From a virus, in IMG/VR virus record IMGVR_UViG_3300050343_000182: a DNA stretch of 64,000 nt; one strand, given 5' to 3'. Within the stretch, counting starts at the first letter, position 1; each line of letters begins with the position of its first letter. Shown piece after piece: positions 1 to 9,517 of the stretch. The notes under the pieces were generated by a model, which was given only the letters and a program-made list of their open reading frames with translations, had not been told where the DNA came from and ran no database searches. The position numbers were made by a program, and so were the translations under genes.

Positions 1-372
<372 letters not shown>

Positions 373-376
<4 letters not shown>

Positions 377-579
377 TGAATAGTTTTGAAGTCTTTCTTT
401 ACTTCACATGCTTCGCTCTCATTGCTGGCGGTGCCTTTGCTCTTATGTATTACAACCTTAAATCTATTTACTGGGGTGCTAGATCTCGGAAACATCCCGA
501 GGCACCTCAGATAGGTGAAGAGGTATTGTATGTAGATCTATCCAGAGAAAAACTGGAGAATCTATACAACGATAAATAA
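373..579 (+). CDS. Small membrane protein (DUF2973-like)
   Basis: One TM helix followed by HPEAP...EVLYV; ATGA overlap. Confidence 0.65.
571..578 (+). promoter_or_regulatory. T4-type late promoter
   Basis: GATAAATA; a second variant ACTAAATA at 628-635. Confidence 0.55.
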
Positions 580-580
580 A

Positions 581-626
581 GTATCGTCGCCGCTGATGTG
601 GATGGCAAAATCCATCAAACACATCA
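581..626 (+). ncRNA. Candidate small structured RNA or attenuator
   Basis: GTATCGTCGCCGC, then stem TGATGTG/CACATCA enclosing GATGG-CAAAAT-CCATC; lies between a late promoter and a terminator. Confidence 0.4.
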
Positions 627-634
627 CACTAAAT

Positions 635-662
635 AGAGGAGCAGCACCCGCTCCTCTTTTTT
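635..662 (+). terminator. Intrinsic terminator
   Basis: AGAGGAGC-agcaccc-GCTCCTCT followed by a T run. Confidence 0.75.
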
Positions 663-663
663 A

Positions 664-3600
664 ATGTCCGAGCATATTCGTAATCTAGTTGCTCGCTGTT
701 ACAATGTCACGGGTCCGATTGGTCTGACCCCCAACGCATTGGATGGTGAGAATCCTGCTAGTGAATTTAGACCCGCAGGTGGAACCTCCGAGGGTATACC
801 ACCAACACTAACACCTTCTGAAGTGATTCAGAATCTGGTGGGTAGATGTTATGGTCCTACTGCACCACCAAACAGTCCCAACCCACTGGACTCGCTCAAT
901 ATCCCTGAGCGTCCTGATGCTCCTGAATTTACTCCCCCGCCAACACCTAATGAGGTGATTCAAGATCTGGTTGGGAGATGTTACCCTGCCCTTCCGCCAC
1001 TACTACCACCCCGTCCACCTGACGATTTACCTGATCTCCCTACGATTGTTAACATCGATCCTATTATTTGTTTCGTTGTAGATGAATTAGGTATAGAAAT
1101 TCCTGGTCTGAAATGCGGCAATCCCATCACCATCCACTGGCCAACTGGTCCCGAGCCTGATGGTCCATGGATAGGCACTGGTGGTAGCACTGGCGGTGGT
1201 CCCCCTGATGACTGTAAGCGTGTCAGTGAGTTAAGAATTCGTGGCAAAGTAAAAGATATAGGTAATGGATACTGGAAAGTAATTGGAAGTGACCCTGAAG
1301 AGATATTGTATTGTCCTTTCTCTAAACCAGAGGATGACGATTGGGCACGATGTGTTAGAAAAACTTTAGAATGTACATTCAAACCATACCTAGGTGGTGG
1401 TTGGACACCTGCCAAGGCAGACTGTGAAGGATTCCACCCTCGTGGATGGTCTGCTAACAAGACGGAAGTTTGTATCAAGAACTGCTTCCCTGAGAGAGTC
1501 CCTGTCTATGAATCCGAGAATGGTAATGAGTACAACTATCACAATGAGATTGCTGGTCCTTCTGGATACTCTCTGACTGATGGTGATGCTGCATGGTGGT
1601 GCCTAAAGGATAAGGTGCCTGGATCAGCAGGTGGTAGTGGACAAAACGTAGAGCTAATCACTGGTAGCAATTCAGGATTCACAACATCAGAAAAGAATCC
1701 ACCGATCAAAACTACTAACAATGAAGGTGTAGGTAATGGCACCTGGGTTTATAATGAGGGTGGTGCTGACTTCTGGCCTAAGAAAAACCTAGGTTTAAGT
1801 AGTGGCAATGGAAGAAGAGGAGATATCGCACAGCACACTATCAGATATGGTGGTGCTGTGATTAACTTTGAAGTCAGACCTGTATATAATGTAGGCAGTG
1901 ATGGTAAGGCAGATGATATTGATAGTGAGTGGAGAGTAACCTCTTGGACTGGTAAACTTCCTGAGTCTGGTGTGGAGATTCCATTTACATTCATGCCTCA
2001 GCAGAATGGTAATGACGGTCAGAGGGTGATGAATATCACTGCATCTATCCTTGGATCTGAGACAAGAGATAGAAGTGTGCCTCTGTTTAAGTACAAAGGT
2101 AGCAATCCTCATGATTATTTCCTGACCACTAACCCTGGTGCTCCTGATACTCAGGGTGCTGGTGAGAGAGACACCATGAATGGTGCTGGCATGGTCTTCC
2201 ATAGTATCCTGGGGTATGTCTTCCAGAAGAAACCCGATGGCATTGAATTCATTGCTGATAAGGAAAAACTGTGGGGACTTCATCGCTTCTACAATCCCTC
2301 CACAGGTGACCATAGGTATACAATTGACCCACAGAACAACACCATCCCTCAGAGGGTCTCACGGAGCAGGTTTGCATACCGTATCCCTCAGAAGGTTACT
2401 ACTGATCTTACCGTCCGTCTGGATGTGGAGAAGGGTAAGGCAGGATACGACAATGCATTTGGTTACTACCTAGCAAATAGCAGTGGTCCTCAGTGGGGCA
2501 AGATCGTTGTGCCTAGTGCTAAGAATGCTGAAGAGGGTGGTGGTAACGAGACCAACGTCGTCACAATCAGTGTGTCTGAGTTGCAGGCATATAAAGGTGG
2601 CACCATGGGATTCTTCCTGCTGTCTGATGGTGCTGGTCAAAACAGTCTGAGCACCAACCAGACATTTAATATCAACTCACACTCCAACGGTCATGGTTCT
2701 GGATTCCGTGGTAGTGGTATTGATACCAAGGAGAATGATTACATCCTCTTCTCAGATAAGGAGTGGAATCCTGAGGACAAGAAGGACTACACCAAGTGGA
2801 AGGGTCCCAACAAACAGATGTGGGAAGACCTTATTGATGGTGACGATGACTATGATGACCTGATCCTTTGGCATACTGTAGAGTTTACTGCTTATCCTGG
2901 TTACATTTACGAGGGTATTCAGTGCTATGTGTTTGCAGACAACAGACCTGAGCCTGTGATGCTGAAGATTGATCTGTCTAACCCATGTGATCCTCAGTCA
3001 TTTAAGAAAAACTTTAAGGATGTTATCCTCCAACGTCAGGGGTGTGGTAACGATTCACCTATCACATTTGGTGAGTGGGATGAAAACCATGAGTGTGGTA
3101 AGTGTGACGGGGACTACTCAATCTCACAAGGTCGTAACCAAACTATTACTACGATCACAGGTGGTAACTTTAAGTTGAAGTCCTTCGGTGGTATCACTGG
3201 TGGTAGCACAGGTGACTGCATCAGATTCAAAATGAGGATGAAAAAGAATGGATCGGAGATCTTTTCGCAGAGGTATGACGCTGGGGACTGGCCGACTATT
3301 GGGCAAGACCTCTATGATGGCACCATTTCCCTCTCGCCTGGAGACAAACTTAACTTCAAACTGCAGTCAATTATCACTGGTCCACCTACAGGAACGATCA
3401 CACCATACTGTGCTCTATGGAATGTAGACACAGGTAAGTTTGAGATGCAGTGGGGTCTCCAGTTGACAACAGTGTCTGGTGATAACCCACTCAGTCCTAT
3501 GATGATGGCAAACACACAGTTACTTAGTATTCAATCTGCTGGTGCTGTGGTTGGAATAAACTTCCAATTCTATCCATCATATGGATCTCAGATCAATGCC

Positions 3601-5271
3601 AAGGCAGATGGCAAGACGAGAGCAGGTAGTATGATTGGTGACACTTGGCATGATCGTGCCAAACCTAACAAGAAATCTGCTGGTCCTAAGCAGGCATCTA
3701 CCAAGGTATATGAAAACTCCACCATCACATCGATGCATGGTCTGCTACAGAACAACCCTGCAATTCTAGGTGGCATGGCTAGAGATACTTTCAACCCTCT
3801 GATTCCTAATGTCACGGGAGGGTATTGCGACACAGGATATCCTGAGGACTCAGCATCTGAATATGAAAGAGGAAACTGGCAAGGGTATCGTGTGCAGGTG
3901 TTGGGTGGTGACTATGGTGATTTTGTAAGAAGACATCTAGTCACACGATTCGATCAGGGTGATGGAACAATCCCTCAACGTAACACATTCCTCAACAAGT
4001 CTCCTGTCTGCTTTGCTAGACAAGAGAAACCCTGGTATGTAGTTGCTGACTGTCAGTCAACAGCAGCATCAGTATTCGATGGTGGCACAAACTTCTTTAG
4101 TGCAAATACTTTCACTCAGGACTACTACCTAGATGGTAATGAGTTTGAGAATGATGCTATTGAGAATGTGAGCGTAGCAGCTTCATTGTATGCAAAGGTT
4201 AGGATTGGATTCACCTTCTACTCCACTAAGGGAATCCCTAACGAGCAGGGCAAACCAGAGGGCGGTGTTGCCAACCCTGAGAGGTGGATGTGTGCCATCA
4301 CCCTTATGGAGGTGCTACAGACGGGTATAGGATACTCTCAGGGGCAGGAGTATGATCTTACGTGGCCACCTAGGAGATACGACCAGGGAGCGACGGGCAC
4401 CCTGTCTGCATACTTCTTGCCTAATGGCACAGGTATTCAGGTTGAGGGTGCTGGTAGTGGCACCATTACACTTGACTTTGATTGGGATGATCAACCCAGC
4501 ACATCTGGTCAAGCAGTTGGTAAACTGGTTATTGAAGGTCAGACATTTGATCAGGGTAACAGCGAGACTGGCAACCAGACTCGATCCTTCTCTGTTACTG
4601 GTGGCAACAAATATCTTTGGACTATCAATGGTCAGGCTGGTCAATATGCAAATGCTAGAGAGGCATTTAACGCTGGTGACATTACATCACTTTCAAACTT
4701 TGCAAAGGATGTAATTGTACAAGGTTGGGATGATCATCCAGAATACCTTACTGATCCAGAGCTTCACCAACAAGCGGTCGGATATTTCCCTGATCCAGAT
4801 AGCGAACATGGTCTACCTGATCGTGGTTTCACTTCACTCTTCCAAGTTGATGCAGACGATGATGAGCAAGGATTTACTTGGTTAGGTGGTGAGCAAAGTG
4901 GAGATGCTGGTTTCCGAATCAGAGACAGTGGTCAGACGATTCAATGGGATGACAATGCAGCGAATGGATTTGACGTTAATGCTACAATGGTAATTGCAGA
5001 CCTAACTACTAGCGGTGGTGGACAATCTGCTGATGCTGCCTATAATGCAATGGAAGATCCAAACACATCACCTTACTACCCAGACATGAAGGGCAACTTT
5101 ACGTTACCACGTAACCTTGCTGCATTCTATGAAAGAGATAGTATGAGGAGGAGTGCGAAGGAAGCATTCTATCAAGAATCACACAACAAAAACTCACCTG
5201 TGTGGTATACTAGCTCTGACAGAGACAAACACCGTGTTAAATTCAAACTAATCATCACACAAACATCGTAA
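664..5271 (+). CDS. Large virion structural protein, 1535 aa
   Basis: Three I(R/Q)(N/D)LV(A/G)RCY repeats with Pro-rich linkers; DUF5648-like LHRFYNPSTGDHRYT; DUF4114-like WEDLIDGDDDYDDL. Confidence 0.75.
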   Translation: MSEHIRNLVARCYNVTGPIGLTPNALDGENPASEFRPAGGTSEGIPPTLTPSEVIQNLVGRCYGPTAPPNSPNPLDSLNIPERPDAPEFTPPPTPNEVIQDLVGRCYPALPPLLPPRPPDDLPDLPTIVNIDPIICFVVDELGIEIPGLKCGNPITIHWPTGPEPDGPWIGTGGSTGGGPPDDCKRVSELRIRGKVKDIGNGYWKVIGSDPEEILYCPFSKPEDDDWARCVRKTLECTFKPYLGGGWTPAKADCEGFHPRGWSANKTEVCIKNCFPERVPVYESENGNEYNYHNEIAGPSGYSLTDGDAAWWCLKDKVPGSAGGSGQNVELITGSNSGFTTSEKNPPIKTTNNEGVGNGTWVYNEGGADFWPKKNLGLSSGNGRRGDIAQHTIRYGGAVINFEVRPVYNVGSDGKADDIDSEWRVTSWTGKLPESGVEIPFTFMPQQNGNDGQRVMNITASILGSETRDRSVPLFKYKGSNPHDYFLTTNPGAPDTQGAGERDTMNGAGMVFHSILGYVFQKKPDGIEFIADKEKLWGLHRFYNPSTGDHRYTIDPQNNTIPQRVSRSRFAYRIPQKVTTDLTVRLDVEKGKAGYDNAFGYYLANSSGPQWGKIVVPSAKNAEEGGGNETNVVTISVSELQAYKGGTMGFFLLSDGAGQNSLSTNQTFNINSHSNGHGSGFRGSGIDTKENDYILFSDKEWNPEDKKDYTKWKGPNKQMWEDLIDGDDDYDDLILWHTVEFTAYPGYIYEGIQCYVFADNRPEPVMLKIDLSNPCDPQSFKKNFKDVILQRQGCGNDSPITFGEWDENHECGKCDGDYSISQGRNQTITTITGGNFKLKSFGGITGGSTGDCIRFKMRMKKNGSEIFSQRYDAGDWPTIGQDLYDGTISLSPGDKLNFKLQSIITGPPTGTITPYCALWNVDTGKFEMQWGLQLTTVSGDNPLSPMMMANTQLLSIQSAGAVVGINFQFYPSYGSQINAKADGKTRAGSMIGDTWHDRAKPNKKSAGPKQASTKVYENSTITSMHGLLQNNPAILGGMARDTFNPLIPNVTGGYCDTGYPEDSASEYERGNWQGYRVQVLGGDYGDFVRRHLVTRFDQGDGTIPQRNTFLNKSPVCFARQEKPWYVVADCQSTAASVFDGGTNFFSANTFTQDYYLDGNEFENDAIENVSVAASLYAKVRIGFTFYSTKGIPNEQGKPEGGVANPERWMCAITLMEVLQTGIGYSQGQEYDLTWPPRRYDQGATGTLSAYFLPNGTGIQVEGAGSGTITLDFDWDDQPSTSGQAVGKLVIEGQTFDQGNSETGNQTRSFSVTGGNKYLWTINGQAGQYANAREAFNAGDITSLSNFAKDVIVQGWDDHPEYLTDPELHQQAVGYFPDPDSEHGLPDRGFTSLFQVDADDDEQGFTWLGGEQSGDAGFRIRDSGQTIQWDDNAANGFDVNATMVIADLTTSGGGQSADAAYNAMEDPNTSPYYPDMKGNFTLPRNLAAFYERDSMRRSAKEAFYQESHNKNSPVWYTSSDRDKHRVKFKLIITQTS

Positions 5272-5273
5272 TT

Positions 5274-5678
5274 ATGGCAGGATTTGGTAATACTGGACAC
5301 GCAGAGAGGTCCATGGAGAAAACCTCCCGTGAGTTGAAAGCACTCAGGAGGATCATTGAGAAATACAAAGACGATCCCAAGGGTCGTAAGAAGATGATGA
5401 AGAAAATGCAGAAGTATTGGAGGTCTAACCTTGCAGAGGTGCAGGGTATGGATCACAAACCTGGCAAGACTCAAGCATTTGGTGGTGGGTTCGTGCCTGT
5501 TGGTATGATAGAAGACCTGGAGGCAGTCCAGAAGTCACTCTCCCCTGCAGAGGACACCCAAGAAGATGTTACTCAACCTGAAGAGAATCTAACGACTGGA
5601 CAAATGTCAGAGATTCGTGATATAATTAGTAAGTCCAAGGAACTTTCAGACCATGATCAATCTGCACCAGAAGTATAA
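5274..5678 (+). CDS. Hypothetical protein
   Basis: Operonic; basic N-terminus, acidic C-terminus. Confidence 0.75.
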   Translation: MAGFGNTGHAERSMEKTSRELKALRRIIEKYKDDPKGRKKMMKKMQKYWRSNLAEVQGMDHKPGKTQAFGGGFVPVGMIEDLEAVQKSLSPAEDTQEDVTQPEENLTTGQMSEIRDIISKSKELSDHDQSAPEV

Positions 5679-5871
5679 TCACTATCTCAATACGGATAAA
5701 CTTCTGGACTCAGATGACGTGCATGAGCGCATAATCACCTATGGATGGACAGATGATGGAGTGGATCTCACTGGATACTATGTCTTGACAGAATGCCATG
5801 AGCTGCACTATGATCTGTCCGAGCAGTTGATCAAGAAGGTTAACCGTTGTCCAACTGGCACAAGGGATTGA
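5653..5871 (+). CDS. Hypothetical protein
   Basis: Operonic 72-aa ORF. Confidence 0.65.
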   Translation: MINLHQKYNHYLNTDKLLDSDDVHERIITYGWTDDGVDLTGYYVLTECHELHYDLSEQLIKKVNRCPTGTRD

Positions 5872-5898
5872 CATTTGGAGATTAAACTGCTATAAATA
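5868..5898 (+). promoter_or_regulatory. Overlapping sigma70 and late promoter
   Basis: TTGACA-17-TATAAA; the -10 element is also TATAAATA (5891-5898). Confidence 0.8.
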
Positions 5899-5900
5899 AC

Positions 5901-5987
5901 CAACCGTGACCAACTAAGGTTACGGATTGTTACAGACTACACACGGGGAGAGTCGAATCCCCTATCATCTGTGGGTAAACACTCCAC
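5901..5987 (+). promoter_or_regulatory. Structured 5' leader (three hairpins)
   Basis: CAACCGTGAC/GTTACGGATTG, GGGGA/TCCCC, GTGGG/TCCAC. Confidence 0.45.
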
Positions 5988-6014
5988 AAGAAAACACTAA
6001 GAGGTATTAATTCA

Positions 6015-6392
6015 ATGATCAAAACTGCAATCGCAACTCTCGCCGCCACTGCCGCAATTGTGGCTCCGTCTGCTGCCCTCGCAGGTCCCTACGTTAACGT
6101 AGAAACCAATGCTGGTTGGACTGGCGCAGATTATTCTGGTGCCGCGACGGATTTTCACGTAGGGTATGAAGGTGCTCTGGGCGAATCCGCTTCATACTAT
6201 GTCCAGGGCGGCGCTACTTTGGTTTCTCCTGATGGCGCTGAGAATGACACGGTTCCTTCTGGTAAGGCAGGTGTCGGTGTTTCCCTGAGCGATGCTCTGG
6301 GTGCGTATGGTGAAGTCTCATTCGTGGGCAGTGGCGATGACAACATCGACCGTGGCTACGGTGGGAAACTGGGCGTCAAGTATTCTTTCTGA
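6015..6392 (+). CDS. Small outer-membrane beta-barrel protein
   Basis: Sec signal ending ALA; alternating beta strands; C-terminal LGVKYSF beta-signal; RBS GAGGT. Confidence 0.8.
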   Translation: MIKTAIATLAATAAIVAPSAALAGPYVNVETNAGWTGADYSGAATDFHVGYEGALGESASYYVQGGATLVSPDGAENDTVPSGKAGVGVSLSDALGAYGEVSFVGSGDDNIDRGYGGKLGVKYSF

Positions 6393-6425
6393 TATATAAT
6401 TTAGACGGAATCTGATGCTCTGTTG

Positions 6426-6448
6426 AGGGTCCTTCGGGACCCTTTTTT
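6426..6448 (+). terminator. Intrinsic terminator
   Basis: AGGGTCC-TTCG-GGACCCT-TTTTT (cUUCGg loop). Confidence 0.9.
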
Positions 6449-6468
6449 ATTCTCTCTCATATATTACG

Positions 6469-6717
6469 ATGGCAAAACCTGGCAACACAGCAATTTACAC
6501 ACGACCTGGGTGTCCTTTCTGCACTAAAATTAAAGAAGTGTATCGAATGAAAGGTTATCCCTTTGCAGAATTCACATTAAATGTTAACTTTACAAGAGAC
6601 CAATTCTATAAAGAGTTTGGTAATGGTGCTACCTTCCCTCAAGTTCTAATCAATGGACGACAGATGGGTGGATGCACTGAAACTGTTAAGTATCTGAGAG
6701 AAAACAACTTACTGTGA
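6469..6717 (+). CDS. grx: Glutaredoxin
   Basis: CPFC active site; TFPQV and GGC motifs. Confidence 0.92.
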   Translation: MAKPGNTAIYTRPGCPFCTKIKEVYRMKGYPFAEFTLNVNFTRDQFYKEFGNGATFPQVLINGRQMGGCTETVKYLRENNLL

Positions 6718-7067
6718 AGACAAAAGACACAACTGAAGTCTATCAACTGGTAGAGCGAGCACTCGATGAGGCAATGCTCAATCAGAAATTTTTATTCAAG
6801 ATGTACAACTATCTCAAGCAAGCGAAGTGGACACGACGTGAAACAAATGATTTCATTGAGTCATCCACTGCAGCACAACTGAGTAACACCGTGGAGGAGT
6901 TAAATGGTTACATCAAAGGGGGGGACCCAGTGCTACGCGAAGCGTATGGTCACATCCCCAAACCTAAGGCAAGAAAGATCAGAGACTACCTCTACAGCAT
7001 CCTGGAGGGCGCTTGGCAGTATCATGCCGAGAGGAAACCTGGAAGGCGTAAGAAGGTTGCTAAATAA
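6714..7067 (+). CDS. Hypothetical protein
   Basis: GTGA overlap; 117 aa. Confidence 0.75.
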   Translation: MKTKDTTEVYQLVERALDEAMLNQKFLFKMYNYLKQAKWTRRETNDFIESSTAAQLSNTVEELNGYIKGGDPVLREAYGHIPKPKARKIRDYLYSILEGAWQYHAERKPGRRKKVAK

Positions 7068-7092
7068 TTTTAACAAGACTTAAGGAGGCATC

Positions 7093-7329
7093 ATGGCTGA
7101 TCTTACATTTCTGTACATTGCCTTCTTTCTTACCCTAGGATCCTTTCTTCTAGGGTTTATCGCATCATGGAACCTGAAGCATGTGTTTGATCTGTGGTTA
7201 GATAGAGCAGAGTATGCTGCTGTTGTTATGCACCCTGAAATGCAGGGTGAAGATGGCATGGCAGACCCAGCTGAGCTCCTCTACTTGCGGATCGCAGATG
7301 AAGATGATATGATTGATGACGAAGAGTGA
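7093..7329 (+). CDS. Small membrane protein (DUF2973-like)
   Basis: RBS AAGGAGG; TM helix then HPEM...ELLYLRI; late-like GCTAAATA at 7059. Confidence 0.75.
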   Translation: MADLTFLYIAFFLTLGSFLLGFIASWNLKHVFDLWLDRAEYAAVVMHPEMQGEDGMADPAELLYLRIADEDDMIDDEE

Positions 7330-7351
7330 ATGTAAACCTACTATCTAAACC

Positions 7352-7792
7352 ATGAAACTGATGATTTCTGAAGTGCTTCAGAAAGCACATAATGCTAAGA
7401 CGAAAGCAGCAAAGATTAAAATCTTGCAAGACAACAACACCCAGACACTAAGGTCTATCTTCATCATCAACTTTGATGAGAGCATAGAACCTCGTGTCCC
7501 TATGGGTGAAGATGTCCCTTATCGTCCTAACGAAGCACCTGTTGGCACTGAGCACACACTGTTGGAGAAGGAGGGTAAGAAACTCTATCGATTCTTCAAG
7601 GGTGGTGACGATACATTGCCTGGGATGAAGATCGAGAGCATGTTTATTCAGATGCTTGAAGGACTGCATGAGAGTGAAGCAGAAGTCCTTATCAAAGCAG
7701 TGAATAAGACACTCCATAAGAAATACCGCATCACACAGTCAGTAGTTAAGGATGCATTTCCTTCTATTGAGTGGGGGGGACGAGCTCGATGA
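7352..7792 (+). CDS. T4-like phage hypothetical protein
   Basis: ISEVLQK...KIKILQ and F(I)QMLEGLH...EAEVL pattern typical of T4-like core hypotheticals. Confidence 0.75.
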   Translation: MKLMISEVLQKAHNAKTKAAKIKILQDNNTQTLRSIFIINFDESIEPRVPMGEDVPYRPNEAPVGTEHTLLEKEGKKLYRFFKGGDDTLPGMKIESMFIQMLEGLHESEAEVLIKAVNKTLHKKYRITQSVVKDAFPSIEWGGRAR

Positions 7793-8067
7793 GTAGAGGG
7801 ATTAAAACCTTACAATCAGATTGTGACCTTCAAGCAGCAGAGGATAGATCGCTACCAACGTCAGCGTTTATCGTTTGCTATCTGATTGAAGGTCAAGAGC
7901 ACTATGACATCGTTACCAGCGGAAAGAATGTTGATATCTTTGACCATTATTGGGACAAGTATAAACATGATCTGAAATGGTACAAACAAGCAGAAGGAAG
8001 AATCAATCCCAAACTATGGCAAGATCCAAACAAACCCCCAGCAAAGGTAACCAAGGGCAAAGGATGA
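7789..8067 (+). CDS. Hypothetical protein
   Basis: ATGA overlap suggests start at 7789. Confidence 0.7.
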   Translation: MSRGIKTLQSDCDLQAAEDRSLPTSAFIVCYLIEGQEHYDIVTSGKNVDIFDHYWDKYKHDLKWYKQAEGRINPKLWQDPNKPPAKVTKGKG

Positions 8068-8366
8068 CTAAAGGAGATCAAGTTTACTTCGACCCTAGAC
8101 AGTCTGCTGAGCAGCAGATTGAAGACATGAAGGCAGCAGTGGATGCTGCCCTGAAGAAAGAAGAAGAGGAGCAGGAGAAACTGAGCAACATTGAGATGGG
8201 TAAATCTATTGTTGCAGGACTCGGCACCCTCTTCATCTCACCACTGGTGCTGATGTTTATCTGGAATATGTTTATGCCAGGTTTATTCGCACTACCTGTG
8301 CTAACCTACTGGACAAGCATGGGACTAATCGTAATCTCTCGCCTGCTTATCCCTAAGAATGACTAA
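8064..8366 (+). CDS. Hypothetical membrane protein
   Basis: ATGA overlap start; two C-terminal TM segments. Confidence 0.7.
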   Translation: MTKGDQVYFDPRQSAEQQIEDMKAAVDAALKKEEEEQEKLSNIEMGKSIVAGLGTLFISPLVLMFIWNMFMPGLFALPVLTYWTSMGLIVISRLLIPKND

Positions 8367-9096
8367 AATTTCTCCTGTAGAGCACTCCTCTAAGGTGTGT
8401 ATGGTATCTGTGACCCCTGATGCTGAGAAGCACATGGGATATGTTGCTCGTGTGAGTAACCCAAACAACCAGGACAACCCTGAGGTTGCTGGTCTACTGA
8501 AGTATTGCATCAAGCATGGGCACTGGAGTGTCTTTGAGCAAGCATTCATGACGCTTGAGATCAACACTACCAGGGGACTGGCAGCTCAGATCCTGAGGCA
8601 TAGATCTTTCACCTATCAAGAGTTCTCACAACGCTATGCAGATACTAATCTGCTGAGTGAAATGATTGAGGTGCCTGATCTACGACTGCAAGACACTAAG
8701 AATCGTCAGAATAGTATTGACGCTGTAGATGTAGAGCAGAAAGCATTCTTACAGGGACGCATCCATCAATACTTTATTGAGGGAATGGATCTCTACAATG
8801 AATTACTGCGTGAAGGTATTGCAAAGGAGTGTGCTCGTTTTGTGCTCCCCCTTGCCGCACCCACCAGAATTTTCATGACTGGCTCTGTGCGTTCATGGAT
8901 CCATTACATCCAACTGAGGTCTTCTAATGGCACTCAGCAGGAGCACATGGACATCGCTCAACTGTGTCAGAAGCATTTCATCTGTCAGTTTCCTACTATC
9001 TCTAAGGCACTGGACTGGTGTCCTGAGCAGGACTGTGGATGTAATGATGATGATCAATACTGGCAAGACATACAACCCTGTTTGAGGATTGACTAA
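8359..9096 (+). CDS. thyX: Flavin-dependent thymidylate synthase
   Basis: RHRSFTYQEFSQRY ThyX motif; GHWSVFE; ECARFVLP. Confidence 0.96.
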   Translation: MTKISPVEHSSKVCMVSVTPDAEKHMGYVARVSNPNNQDNPEVAGLLKYCIKHGHWSVFEQAFMTLEINTTRGLAAQILRHRSFTYQEFSQRYADTNLLSEMIEVPDLRLQDTKNRQNSIDAVDVEQKAFLQGRIHQYFIEGMDLYNELLREGIAKECARFVLPLAAPTRIFMTGSVRSWIHYIQLRSSNGTQQEHMDIAQLCQKHFICQFPTISKALDWCPEQDCGCNDDDQYWQDIQPCLRID

Positions 9097-9275
9097 TGAG
9101 TTTCAAACTAATCAGATACATGATTACCTATTCGCTACCCGCTACAGGTAATCGTCGTCACCATAAGATCGTTGAAGCACGGTCGCAGTCTGAATCAAAG
9201 CAACTCTTTGAGTCAGATATACCTACCGCTAAGTATATTAGCAGTCAAGTTATGCCCCAAAGCAGGAGTCTGTAA
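9096..9275 (+). CDS. Small hypothetical protein (59 aa, below track cutoff)
   Basis: MSFKLIRYMITYSLPATGNRRHHKIVEARSQ...; TAATG overlaps at both ends. Confidence 0.7.
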   Translation: MSFKLIRYMITYSLPATGNRRHHKIVEARSQSESKQLFESDIPTAKYISSQVMPQSRSL

Positions 9276-9505
9276 TGCCTACATACAATGTAAAGAATCT
9301 TAAGACAGGCGAGAAACAAGAATTCTCTATGTCAATGGTCAACTATGATCAGTGGCGTAAAGATAATCCCGACTGGGATAAGGACTGGCAAGCAGGTATC
9401 GGTGGGGTAACCTACGGAGAACCTAAGCAGTCCGATGGTTTCAAAGAGGTTATGCAGAAGATGCAAGCCGACCACCCCGTAGCAAACTTGTCCCGTTACA
9501 CCTAA
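9275..9505 (+). CDS. Hypothetical protein
   Basis: MPTYNVKNLKTGE; translationally coupled. Confidence 0.75.
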   Translation: MPTYNVKNLKTGEKQEFSMSMVNYDQWRKDNPDWDKDWQAGIGGVTYGEPKQSDGFKEVMQKMQADHPVANLSRYT

Positions 9506-9517
9506 CCAACACCCTCT

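Noticed and set aside
5911-5940. NtcA or Pho box in the beta-barrel leader
   Set aside because: No GTA-N8-TAC or clear TTAACC-type repeats; only the GTTAC repeat is reported
5945-5962. GTCGAATCCCC resembling a tRNA T-arm
   Set aside because: No cloverleaf, acceptor stem or anticodon arm; no tRNA found in the window
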